Assembly (NCBI GenBank): GCA_040437565.1
Contig: JBDOQK010000054.1
Location: 186,001-250,000, forward strand
DNA from: Albugo candida
Taxonomy: Eukaryota
DNA: 64,000 nucleotides
Direction of reading: 5' to 3'
How positions within the stretch are numbered: position 1 is the first letter of the stretch; each line of letters starts with the position of its first letter. Below, in pieces: positions 1 through 12,564 of this stretch. The notes beneath the pieces were generated by a model. That model was not told the DNA's origin. It did no database searches and saw only the letters and a list, made by a program, of their open reading frames with translations. Both the position numbers and the translations under genes were made by a program.

Positions 1-247
1 AAATACAAACCTTGTACATACTATGCATTCAGTTTCCCATTCTTTCAACTAGCCACATACAACACGTCATTATTTACTTTTCATCTATGTCCCAGAGTCT
101 GGAGGAAGGCCGTTGTGATCTTTGCTTCGAAACTAGTAATCGAATGTTCTCGTCCAATACACATGAGCGTCCTACCTTGATTTGTAGGTGCGCCTGAGCT
201 TTGAAGATCTAGCTCGATGATATCAGCCATGAAGCAATGTTCACATT
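1..247 (+). repeat. Orphan copy of the upstream (promoter) block of the YMxL family, no CDS attached
   Basis: Near-identical to 928-1175 and more distantly to ~18060-18305; both of those directly precede YMxL-family ATGs. This copy ends at 'gcaatgttcacatt', just short of the CDS. Confidence 0.85.
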
Positions 248-662
248 ACTCGGTCTCATAATAACGAGTTCGATCTCGTGGAGACGTGTGGTGTGAGTTG
301 TTTATGCAGCTATTTCAGCACACTCGTCAGATCACTGCACCCAACGTCTTGATGAATTGACGGATAGCGTCGAACTGAGTGCTTTTGAAGATTCACGGAA
401 ATATGCGTTGTTGCACGCCGTGCCAGATGAATCGTTTACTGGAAAGAGATTTGCATCAAGAGTCACTCCGGGAGAGGACAGTTGGCAACACAGAAGGTGG
501 ACCGACGAATTCAGCAAGTGGGAGTTCATATCCGTCAGACTTTGAATAAGACAGTTTTCTTCACTTATGTTCTTCACATCTGTAAGTATCGTATGGAAAG
601 GAGCACTTTGAGATGTACAGGGCCGTGTCGCATAAGAGTTACTTGACTGAGTCTAGACCAGA
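248..662 (+). repeat. ~415-bp dispersed duplication (second copy 9086-9513) carrying a decayed coding-like fragment
   Basis: ORFs 357-545 and 9194-9400 are near-identical (MTD[SG]VELSAF.DS..YALLHA..DESFTG.RF.SRVT..EDSWQHRRWTDE). Confidence 0.9.
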
Positions 663-1204
663 CTTCTCAATTTGCCGGCTACTAAGTAACCCGCCAATTT
701 AGTAAAAACAACTCGAAAAAACAACTTTTTTCACCTCTTTCCTCTCGAAAACAATGGTTCAAGTCGACATATCNNNNNNNNNNNNNNNNNNNNNNNNNNN
801 NNNNNNNNNNNNNNNNNNNNNNNNNNNNNNNNNNNNNNNNNNNNNNNNNNNNNNNNNNNNNNNNNNNNNNNNNCTTGATGGAAAATGCACATTGTGCGTT
901 TCACTTCTAGTTTAGATGCATTTCCATAAATACAAACCTTGTACATACTATGCATTCATTTTCCCATTCTTTCAACTAGCGACAAAGAACACGTCATTGT
1001 TTACCTTTCATCTATGTCCCACAGTCTGGACGAAGACCGTTGTAATATTTGCTTCGAAACTGGTAATCGAAATGTCCTCGTCCAATACACATGAGCGTCG
1101 TACCTTGATTTGCAGGTGCGCCTGAGCTTCGAAGATCTAGCTCGATGATATCAGTCATGAAGCAATGTTCACATCATTCAATAAACTATCAACACTAGCA
1201 CACG

Positions 1205-2487
1205 ATGAAGGCAACTATATTCAAAACTGTTTTTTTTTCGCAATGCTTGGTGGACTTGACGCAAACAACAAATTCCATAACATCATGTTGCACTACATGC
1301 ATTTGAAAGTACGCACAGATACATATTCGCCGGACCAGCCATCTCCCTGGTCGGTGAACGTTCATCCAGCACTATAGAGCCTGAAGACCAGGATGTCGAA
1401 GCTTCTGAAAATCCCGATGATCGTTTCCTGATGGTCTTTCGCATACTCCCGCCAAGCACGTCAATACTGCCAGTGACGCCGTTTAATAAACCCATCAAAT
1501 CCCTAACTCTCTGTAGTGGGGCCAAAAAGGTTGCAAACGATTTAAGATAAAAGTATCGAATGACAATCAGATTTTACCGTTCTGGAGCAAGAAAAGCGAT
1601 GAAAGCATCGTCAAGCCTTGTCTCATTTCTGAAAGATCTGGAGAAACAAATGGCAAAAAAAACTATCATGTGTCCATCATAGAAGATTACTTCTTGGATA
1701 GGTCGGTCAGTTGCCGTTCGAATCCGAAGGATCCGAGAGAAATAAATAATATTGCCAACGTGGTGAAGCATGTCGAACCAAGGAACTTGGCTCTATATGA
1801 TATCGCTTGGGCATTATCACACTCGTCCATTGAAGACTTGAAGCAGAGAAAGAAGCTGACAAAACGATCTGTGGAAAGTATGCTCGATCTCGAAGTTTTG
1901 CTCACAACAACTGGCGGTATATACTTTATCACATGGCTTATGACTCCAATCCTTTATCTAGGAGACATTACGGATATCGGAATAAGTCAGGTCGGAAACA
2001 AATCTATATCTGAGGACAGCTTACAAGATGTGAAAGTCGAATTCGGCGGGGGGATGCATCCTATGCAAAAGGCTGAAAATTTCCTTGGGCAGACTAATAC
2101 GATTTCTTCACATCAACTTTTGAAAAGCGCGGATTCACAAAGCAGGGTGATTATTATGTAAGCGGTTGCGAAAAGCCCAAGTGTTACCAAGACAATTTGG
2201 GGCTCGCTCCAATTAGGCTATCATTTAAGGATGAGTGCACACTTTCCATCGAACAATATGTCCACCGGGAGGAAAAGACGTGTTTTGTTGACATCCTTCC
2301 AAGCTCGGATGATAAATGGTTATTCGGTACTTCATTTTTTTCGTCCAATTTCATCGTAATCGATACACGGAGCAGAAGAGAAAATACAAATTTTCTAAAA
2401 GGTGTTCATAAAAGTCGGAGAAGGATCTGTACACGCGTGTACCAGCTTGCTGTTTGCGGAGTATGCGAATCCATCGAAAGGATTTAA
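1205..2487 (+). pseudogene. YMxL-family secreted pepsin-like pseudo-protease, copy A (frameshifted, internal stops)
   Basis: MKATIFKTVF(F)AMLGGLDA signal-like start, with a frameshift in a 9-T run at 1230-1238. Then LHYMHL, and a C-terminal LSIEQYV..TCFVDILPSSDDKWLFGTSFFSSNFIVID that resembles the A1 C-terminal Y-V..C..WILG.F..Y.VFD motif. Ends ...CGVC(ESIERI). Confidence 0.7.
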
Positions 2488-3589
2488 ACTTGGAAGGTGA
2501 TGCCTTTGTCAGACACGATAAGGTTCTAATATATATTGCAGCATGATTCAAGATTGTTCCCAATTTCGACGTGAGTGTATGCTCTTATTGAGTTCCCTTT
2601 TCCATGTGATTGCATTGAGCGCCATCATTGTCACATATTGTAATATCTGCAAGTTTCAGTCAATTTTCTGCCTTTAAGTTAGTAACGCACATGTCAAACG
2701 CTCCACCTATCTCGAAAATTCACCGAAGTCTCTAGAAGGTGAATATCAAAAGTTAATCAAGCTGTTTGAACTCCATCCTGCACTTGCATCTTTTGACTTG
2801 AAATATCAAACTGATAAGGTGGCTGAATGAGTGGCTTCACGCTAAAAATGCGCGGAGATACTAGATTTTGCACTAGGCCTGAAGCTGGCGGTCGAAGATC
2901 AAGCTGTACAAACTGTAAGCCGCTCATGTGTGACCCACTTGAAATCTTTAAGATATGTCTCGCTGAAATATTGGCGTAGTTCCCCGACCACGACTTTCGG
3001 ACTATTGTCGCTCTTTATGTGATTCCGGAATGTCCGCATGGGATCATGTGAGTGTTCAGCTCGCTCAGCACTGGTGTTGGATGTTGAAAAGAGATTAGCA
3101 ACAACTGGCTTCAAACGAGTGAATATCAGCGCACTCGCAATAGTCTCGCTAAAATTGACATTGACGTTTCGTTTTGTATCTGTCACTTTATGACAGTATG
3201 CGTACACGTTGAGTCAGTGCCTAGTTGAGGCTCTGAAAGCAGCAGACTGCTCCATTTTGCAGGCACTAAAGATTTCTGTGTGATCAACAGCGATTTTCCC
3301 GAAGATTCCCCACAACAGAAGTATCCGCTCCCATGTTCAGATTATTATGGCACGCTGCCCGTCGATAGCTCCACAATGAGCGTAGCGGTAGATTTTAATT
3401 TGACCGTGCTCAATTTAACAACAATACCTATGGCTATATACGCCAACTCTACCTCCGTCATGCGCTTCTTTGTCCACTTGAACGATGCATGATGTTTCTC
3501 AGCTGTCGGTCGACAGAGAGTGAAGAGTTGGGGGTTGGTGATGCTACCTTCCGCTAGCACTGAGCAAACAAGCAATACACGATGCAGAT

Positions 3590-4990
3590 TAGGCAGCCTT
3601 CTTCAAAGTGAAGTCGACATTTGCGAACAAAGATCATGAATACAAGTGAGGAAGAATCTGTTTTCGCTTTCTTCATTGATTGCAAGTGGGATTATAGTGC
3701 AGATAACATGGAATGAATTCCGTCGAAATTGACGGAAGGCCAGTGACATTTGATAGGTAGGACGGTGTCACGCTGTTTCTGAAAACACAATACACCCTAT
3801 GATGGAGAGCGAACCGGAGCTGTGACATCGTGGTTTTGGACATGTATTATGCTGTACGTGATCAAACAGATGAAGATAAATGGAGAGTCGGTTTCAGGAC
3901 CAATAATTACAAAGTTGAAGTGGGCACAGAGCCTTTGAAAGCGCCGTTCATTCAAGTGAATGGCCAAGCAGGAGACCAAAATACTATGGATATCATCTCT
4001 ATCATCAGTATGGATGACGATGTGATCGCTCAAAGTAATATGGTAGGTGACGCATGAGCGAAAGAAGGTGTATCATCAAGAAACGAAGAAATGTCTACGA
4101 TGCCACCAAGGAACCATGAAACAAGTGTAAAACATGAATCCTTGATTACAACGCTTCCTTAAGATATTCGATCACACCGGATCGAAATGTCGACTTTGGA
4201 GGAAACATTCATTTAGTACGCAAACAAATAGCAAAATCAAGATTTCATGCAGAAAATTCGATATGGCACGTAGATGATCCAACGACGAAGACGGATATGA
4301 AAACTTGGAATCTTTTCACACTGAGGAAGACGGAGAAATGTCAGCGTATACGAGCAAGTTATGCAAATAAGAGACTGGAGCGAATGGCTCTAAGTAGTAG
4401 AAAATGAAATGGACTCTCAGTGATCCGTACAGTTGGAATTTGTACGGATGAACCGATCAAAAAGCGATCCCATATAAATTGGTACTCTGTATAAAGTGTG
4501 ATTCAAATAGTAACATCGTCAAGTTTGAATTAGGACTTGTCGCCATGCACTAAGAGCAGACATCCGTTGGAGAGAAGAGTAATTACACTGGATTATGGAT
4601 CATGGATCAATCAGATGATCATGTGGACAAGACGTATCCGAAAATGATTGCAAACTCCAACGTGCTGTTCATGTACAATGCAAGGGGCACGTCAATAAAA
4701 GATAACATCAAAATGTACTGTAATTACAAGACCAATAATCTTGAGCAGCCTCGTGCGTAAATGCTGAAGAATAGATGCAACTGCAGCTTTCTTGGTGACC
4801 TGAATATCTTGACGGGATGAAGGAAAGAATGGCTGAGATCGAGCGTATTCATAGAAGGAGTACAACATCAAAATCGAGCAAATAAAATGTTAGGCATAAA
4901 TTTGAAGAGCTGCATCAACGGATCTTTCGGAATAAAAAAGTGAAGTACTTGTGGACGCTAGCTGACAACAACTCAAAGCTATTCAACATG
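3590..4990 (+). mobile_element. Heavily decayed Ty1/copia LTR-retrotransposon pol remnant
   Basis: Broken-frame motifs in copia order. Integrase-like: FKVKSTFANKDHEY, ESEPEL*HRGFG (~3600-3850). RT N-terminus-like: SVYEQVMQ..WSEWL*VVENEMDS, AIPYKLVLCIKCDSNSNIVKFELGLVAM..EQ (~4340-4570). Possible RNase H end: VKYLWTLADNNSK (~4940-4980). No LTRs found. Confidence 0.55.
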
Positions 4991-6659
4991 CAAGAGGATG
5001 AAAACTTTGGGTCTGATTTCGCAATGAGAGCTGGTTGGTGTTATTTTTTACTGTGATAAATAGATCAAGGGTCACATCACGGCAGCGAAGTGAATTATCA
5101 AATAATTTAAGATTAAAAAGAGCTATGAAAATGGATTGAAGGACGCGAGAGAAGCTCAAAAGCTTCAATACAGAACATGTATTCTTCCTGTCTAGTGTGA
5201 TAAACATCAAAATGTCACCGAGAGTAGCGACATCTAGTACACATGTAGAACACATTTACACATTTCCACGCAGCCACTGAAGGAATGGTCTGGCTGGGTC
5301 GGTGACTTAAGTAATCTCAAGGATGTACTACACTGGTGATAAATTCAGTAAATCACTGACGCCCTCCACGCAAATCGGATGAATTTGGGTCCTAATGGTA
5401 AATTCCCTCTGATGCCAAACACCATCTGGGGTGAAGGACATCAAATTTCACTTTATACTAAAATTCGAAGCCAAGGAGTTGGAACTGAATACAACAAATA
5501 CTAACCAAATTATTCGAGTTGTGGCGCGAATAAGACTATGCAAATTATTATATAGATGATGTTTCATCAAGGTACGTTGCTGCCGCCTCAGATACGTCAG
5601 TGTATTTATTTGAATAGAATCGATATGTGCCACAAAACATACTCGCAAACGCATGGCAGAGAAAGCGACGCATCTTTCTTCATTCCAAGCAGTTTTCTCA
5701 GATAATCTTTCGGGGCTGATGTTTGTTCGGTTCTTGATACCTTCTGATAAAGGGGGCATGGATCAAGACGAACGGATGATCCATCTTTCAGGTACTTGTT
5801 GGACGACTTGGGTGCACCAAGTGAGAATGAGCAACAACAACGAAAGACAATACGCGAAGTGGCTTCAAATACAGCCAAAATGCTTATACATGGAAGCATT
5901 CTGAGAGCATGTTCAAAGACCGAAATAGGAAGTGCTTTGCGTGCGGTCAGTTGAGGAGATGAGAATTTTGATATAAACGGTAGCAACATGGACAAAGTAC
6001 GAGCAGCCGAGATTTGTATTTCGCATAGCAAGTGATGAGGTACTAGTGGAAGCGGTCAACGCGTCAGTTTATCGATATTTAGCTAGTGCCAGGCTTAGTC
6101 CGTTGACTGGTCTAAGTTGCAGCTATGATTTTGAGATGATTTGGGGAAAATGGCGTTTCGTTTGTATTTTGGCATCGAGGGACCGCACGCATGGAAAAGT
6201 CTAAGGACGTGCTTTAGACGAGCAGATGTTCCCAAGCAGGTTCAACTGGAGATCTTATCTCGTAGCCTACTCGTATTATAGAGATTTCACTGTGTCGCTG
6301 ACAAAAACATTTATCCCAAGCATGATGTACGACGCCTTATTTTGGCCCATGTCTCATCTCCGACATGCTGAGAAGAAGCCATAAACAAAGGACGCTTGTC
6401 CAACAACTTAGAATCACTTGACACATAATTTGTATCAAAATACTAAATCGGCATTTGCGCTGAGACAGCGGGGTATCGCATCCTCTTAATGCAGAGTTTC
6501 ATCAGAATGGAACCGGTACCATAATGGACAAATTCTTAGAAGCCCTCGAGTCGGAATAATGTTGCGCAGCTGTGGAAGTGCGGTGTATCGCTCAGGGATG
6601 GCCGAGCGAATGTGTGACTTGTGTCAGAAAACCAAAGCTCATCGATACAGCAGCAGGGA

Positions 6660-8380
6660 GAGGCAGCGGGCCACGACGATCGGGATCATGATGTGAGTGT
6701 CCGCGGAAGAACGGCTGATACGCTGCAGCCTGATACCATTGTGTAAGAAGCTATGTATCGTGGTTAATACTGAGACCCGCAATCGACATGGATAAGAGCA
6801 TTTTCGTCGTATATTTGACATGTTCCCATTTCGCTTCCATATCGCACCGAAACTTGGGATCCGGCGAAAAGGATTTGGAAAGAACAAATGGTCTCTTCAT
6901 ATCCTCTTGAATCTCGATACCACGACCAGAGCACTCGATTAATGACGGTAATTGCCGTATCAATTTTCCTTCCACAGTCGCTTTCTGCATATGGAATCCA
7001 TACAAATTGTGCCATTCTCGATGCTCCACTCCTTCCAAATTCAAACATCCTTTATGCATCGAAACTTCTGGACCATTGAACATTGGTGGCTCATTTATAT
7101 CGTTCCAAATTTACAGAGAAGAAATATTTCCGACATATGTCTCCTATCGGAACAAAGATGCCCACCAATACCGAACTTGATGGTTCGTAAAGTCTAAACA
7201 CGACGAATCTCCTGACCAACACTCTCAATGAAAATCGTTCTCATGCTCATATTTTTTGACGTAATATCCCAACAATCTCGCTTTGGAATGCACGTAAAAC
7301 GCGGGATCAATCTTGATATGGGGATGCGCGATCGTGACAACGTTGCGTCCAACAATCGCCAAGTTTTCTTGCTTAAGATTGGATCTGGAAATGTATTGGA
7401 TCCCACGTGAAATACCGTTTTCCATCGGTATGCTCGATATCCAGCTGCATGACATCGTACGTGATTTTGCGTTGATCAAAGCCGGCGTTCACGTGATCAA
7501 CGTCACGTTCATTTCTATAGTTCCAGCGACACTGATGGTAACCGAGGGGGAAAAGAGGCGGCGTGGAAGCCGTTCCGGTCAATGAACATACTGCTTGGAG
7601 AAGGATTAAGGAAGTGGACCAACGAGGAAGAATACGGCCAAGACACCCGAATCACGCATCCAATGACTCGTCTTCTTGCTTTTCATGCATCAGTTATCAC
7701 ATCTACCAATGTTTCCAATATCATGTCAAAACGTACCGACGGAATAGAAAGTATTAGCGGCCATTAGGAGAGGAATGGAGCCATATGAAGCCATTGGAAC
7801 GTCCAATTCGTACTCAAATACATCGAGATTGTAGAGACGATAGGGATCACTTGCAATCTCATCATTGCATATGACACTCCAGCATGAGATCGGTCGCGTG
7901 CTTGGGAAGTCCATACAACTGGCGAAGGTTCGCGAATTGTAAAAAGAGATGTCAACTCCGATTCAACTGGGACCAATACCGGTCTGTATGATCGGCGGAC
8001 ACAATGTTCCTCCCAACCGTCATCGGTTTTATCAGTATCAATACTGCTATTCCCATTAGTAGAAGCTTTGGCTTGTTGGTTCGATCGATGTGACTGCGAG
8101 ACTATTTTCTCCGTAATCGACGATTTCCTTATCCTTACCGTTGTGGATATCCTCTGCGACGATTTCTTTGGTGCTTGTCGATGCGATGGGTTCTCTATAG
8201 TCAAAGCGGTTTTGGTCGTGATCGGTAAACGACGTCACCATTTCGCTGTCCATGAATACAGTAAGAGACACTTCAGGCTCTCTTCTTGTGGTGTAGAGTT
8301 ACAAAGGATGTGATGGCGATGACAATTTTGCTGTTTTTAGACTCCTTCTCTATCGGCTCAAAAGATAATGCGATTTAGTG
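6660..8380 (-). pseudogene. GH31 alpha-glucosidase II alpha subunit, N-terminal/central fragment, many frameshifts
   Basis: [118 protein letters not shown], spread over different frames. Confidence 0.9.
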
Positions 8381-9085
8381 AGAAAGCTGAGTGAAGCCTT
8401 CTCGTGGCCGTTTGTCTGCAAACTACACAGTATACGTCAAACCGAGTTATTGGTCTCTACGAAAATGTATCGAATACAGTTGTACAAGGACATGCAGCAG
8501 AGTCAAATTTAAATTCTCAGACCCGACATGCTGCAGCGTGCTGACACGGATGATTTTGTGCTGCGACATTTTGCATGAATAACAAACGGAGAATCGTATT
8601 ATCACGACAAGTGTATCAAGCTGGTCGACTGATACACAATGGTGAAGTGTTTGCAAATGCAAACAATAGGTTTTATGATCGTACATCAACGAAGATTATG
8701 CTCAATCTAGCGATGACAACAAGGATGGATCTTCACACGTGTATGATTCTAGTTCAGACCGATGTGCCGCATCTCACAGAAGACCTTTTAGCAATGAATG
8801 AGGTTGTACAACAACCCGATTCAGCGCGTGTCGTGTCAGAGGTTTTAAAATGTTTTGCAGCTGCCTACCAACGATAAACTATGGAAATATGACAGGATCT
8901 TCTCAAGTTCGTTTGGGTGTCATTCAAGAATGTGTTTGGTCAGCCGCATCTCACTTCAGAATCACATCATCTACTAGCTACAATTATCCTGACCATGACA
9001 AACTGCTTGATGCGACCTAGTGGTCGAAACATGAACTTGGGGGTGTTGCTCTAACGTTTTTGGGCAAGAAACATGCGTTGGTGTC

Positions 9086-9513
9086 ACTCAGTCTCATAAG
9101 AACGAGTTCGATCCGTGGAGACGTGTGGCGTGAGTTGTTTATGCAGCTATTTCAGCACACTCGTCAGTTCACTGCACCTAACGTCTTGATCAATTGACGG
9201 ATGGCGTCGAACTGAGTGCTTTCAAAGATTCACCGGAATATGCGTTGTTGCACGCCTTGACAGATGAATCGTTTACTGGAATGAGGTTTGTATCAAGGGT
9301 CACTCAGGAAGAGGACAGTTGGCAACACAGAAGGTGGACCGACGAATTGAGCAAGCGGGAGTTCATATCCGTCATGAAGTGTCCTGGAGACTTTGAATAA
9401 GACAGTTTTCTTCACTTAAGTTCTTCACATCTGTAAGTATCGTATGGAAAGGAGCACTTTGAGATGTACAGGGCCGTGTCGCAAAAGAGTTAGTTGACTG
9501 AGTCTAGGACAGA
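9086..9513 (+). repeat. Second copy of the 248-662 block
   Basis: Direct nucleotide similarity over ~420 bp. Confidence 0.9.
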
Positions 9514-9641
9514 AGATTGAGGGAGGTAGAGCCAATCCTGAATGTTTATTAAGCATTTTTGTCCCTCAAAAAGAGCTATCTCTGATCGTAGGCAGCACGG
9601 ATATGCACGACGTTTCGTACAAGCTGCATACTGACATTGAG

Positions 9642-10698
9642 CTAGCAGATCGCACATGTACTACCTTCAGTTTGAGTGCTCGCCTTTGAGTACCTTTTAA
9701 CTGGAAGGATTTGGTACGTTGTGGGGTCACCGTCGGTATTAACATTGACGATGTATTGATCCAATAATACAGTACCAGAAACCCAAGCGTCATCATCGCT
9801 TTTGTGGAAGTCATGAGGAAAATGTCTCACGATTTCAGAACTGATTAGATCCTTTGATTGAGGTATATCTGGTCCGCCCGATGATTTTCCGTCCAATTGT
9901 ACTTTTAAAGTGGCGGAACCCGTGAGTTTCGAAAATCCAAATGCTTCATGCACTTCTTGGGGGTAATTTATCCGACGTTCGCCAAAACGGATTTTAATTT
10001 TCTGTGCTCTACTGAATTTTTTACCGTCATGTTCAATTAGAGAGTATGAGTCAATCGGGTTGAAACCGCTATTCGAAACTGTGGGTTCTATAGGTTCGAC
10101 AGCATACACCAGCTGTTTTCCGAAAGGCTTTTTGAGAAAGAGTATAATCCTATTTTAGCCAAATCTAGAAACGCGTCTGGGTCGAGTAGACGCCTTCGAC
10201 GGGCGAAATGCTCGAGCTTCCCGCTCGTGTACAATTCTTCAAGTTCTGACAATCCTAGTTGCCAACATCCTGGTGTATATACAGATTCCTTAGCGTCGCG
10301 ATGTTTTGCTGGTTCATAGTAAGAGATAGGATTCTTCTTAGGAGTAAACCCATTCGAACGCTTGTCTCCAGTAACTTCATACGTAAAGGTGCCGCCCTCT
10401 TCCGAGTTCTTTTCAAGTTCCTTGTTAGGTAGGCAGCGATCAAACAATGGACCAGGTGTTACATCACTATCCATATAAAATGCCATGATATATGTATCCG
10501 AATTCGTTTGCACTATTTCCACAACCAGCCTCATAACGAATCGATTGCTTCGATCCGTGTTTTTTTCAATTGTGTTTTTTTCAATTGTTTTTTTTCAATT
10601 GAGATCAATTGCATGTAATGACCGGATACAGCTTGGAGATACGTTGTCCACGCCCCAAGGGCGGACATACAGTAAGCTTTGAGCTTCGAAACGTTCAT
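9642..10698 (-). pseudogene. YMxL-family copy B (two frameshifts), ends in CAIC*
   Basis: MNVSKLKAYCMSALGAWTTYLQAVSGHYMQL from ATG at 10698. Frameshifts in the 10557-10600 repeat and at ~10110. IKIRFGERRINYP; DAWVSGTVLLDQYIVNVN; GSTCAIC*. Confidence 0.8.
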
Positions 10699-11383
10699 CG
10701 TTACTGCCTGTCGGTGGATTTTTGAATAATGATGAAGAAGCCTTCGATGATTAATGAATATGAAAGCAGACAGGCTTTATACATCCCCCCGCCGTAATGT
10801 GAGTTCTCCCCTGCTTAAATGCATATCCAACTCTAGTTAGGTTCTGTTTGTCAGAATATTTACAAAAGGCTGCACACCTCGTAAAGTAAATAAATTGGTT
10901 CAACTCTAGAATTTAGGAACCGTACTTAGGGAGCATAGAAGCGAGCCTTTGAACATGCAGGTGAGACACAAAGGTGCGCACTAATAAACTGGTGTTTTTT
11001 GGACGATAGGACAACAAATTGATATAATATAATGCATATTAATCTAATAAGTTTACTTANNNNNNNNNNNNNNNNNNNNNNNNNNNNNNNNNNNNNNNNN
11101 NNNNNNNNNNNNNNNNNNNNNNNNNNNNNNNNNNNNNNNNNNNNNNNNNNNNNNNNNNNATGTATATATGTTATTTAAGATAGCCTAGGCAACTAGAGAA
11201 GTCAGTTTGTCTAATTCTAGTAATATAGACACCTTCAACTGAGTCTAGACCAGAAGATTGAGCGGGGTAGAGCCAATCCTGAATGTTTATTAAGCATCAA
11301 TCTTGCCTCAAAAGGAGCTATCTCTGATCGTAGGCAGCACGGATATGCAAGACATTTCGTACCAGCTGCATACTGACATTGAG

Positions 11384-12398
11384 CTAGCAGATCGCACATG
11401 TATTACCTTAAGTTGAAGTGCTTGCCTAATTGTCCCTTTTAACTGGAAGGATTTGGTAGGTTGTGGGGTCACCGTGGGTATTAACATTGACGATGTGTTG
11501 ATGCAATAATACAGGGCCAAGAACCCAAGCGTCACCATCGCTTTCGTGGAAGTCTGTAGAATAATTCGTGATTTCATAACTAATTCCATCCTTTGATTGA
11601 GGTATCTCTGGCGAGCCCGATGATTTTCCGTCCCATTGTACTTTTAAATTGACGTAACGATGGATGCTCAAAAAATCCAAGCGCTTCATGCATTCTTGGG
11701 GGGATTTTATCCGATTTTCGCCAAAATGGATTTCGATTTTCTGTCGTTCCCTGAATTCTTCACCGTCATGTTCAATTAGAGAGTATGATTCAATCGAGTT
11801 GAAATCGCTACTCGGAATTGTGCGTTTTACAGGTTCGACAACATTCGCCAGCAGATTTTCGAACGGCTTTGTTGAGAAAGAGTAGAATCCTTTTTTAGCC
11901 AAGTCTAGAAACGCGTCCGGGTCGAGTATACGCTTTTGCTGGGCAATACGCTTGAGCTTCCCGCTCTCGTACAATTTTTTAAGTTCTGACAATCCTAATT
12001 GCCAACATTCTGGTGTATATGCAAAGTCCACAACCTCGCGATGTTTTGCTGGTTCATAGTAAGAGACAATATTCTTCTTACGAGTTGACCAATTCGAAAG
12101 TAACTTCATACGTAACGTCGCTGTTCTGTTCCGAGTTCTTCTTAAGATTCTTCTCAGGTAGGCAGCGTTCAAACAATGCATCAGGTCCTTCATTACCACC
12201 CATATAAAATGCCATTATATATGTCTTCGGATTCGTTTGCACTATTTCCACAAGCAGCCCCGTAGGGAATTGACTGCTTTGAGACGTTTTTTTATGAAAT
12301 GAGATCAATCTCATGTAATGACCGGATACAACTTGGAGATATGTTGTCCACGCCCCAAGGGCGGCCATACAGTAAGCCATGAGCTTCGAAACGTTCAT
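11384..12398 (-). pseudogene. YMxL-family copy C (11-bp deletion, premature stops near 3' end), ancestral end CAIC*
   Basis: MNVSKLMAYCMAALGAWTTYLQVVSGHYMRL; VEIVQTNPKTYIMAFYMGG; IEIHFGENRIKSP; DAWVLGPVLLHQHIVNVN. TAG and TAA precede GNTCAIC*. Confidence 0.85.
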
Positions 12399-12564
12399 CG
12401 TTATTGCCTGTCGGTGGATTTTTGAATTATGATGAAGAAGCCTTGGACGATTAATGAATATGAAAGCAGACAGGCTTTATTTATCTCCCCGCCGCGATGT
12501 GAGTTCTCCCCTGCTTAAATGCATATCCAACTCTAGTTAGGTTCTGTTTGTCAGAATATTTACA

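Noticed and set aside
3190-3560. Coding-like stretch (..PLPCSDYYGTLPVD..DFNLTVLNLTTIP..), possibly an ectodomain fragment
   Set aside because: Too short and broken to assign.
5300-6050. Short ORFs on both strands
   Set aside because: No recognisable motif; likely decayed or spurious.
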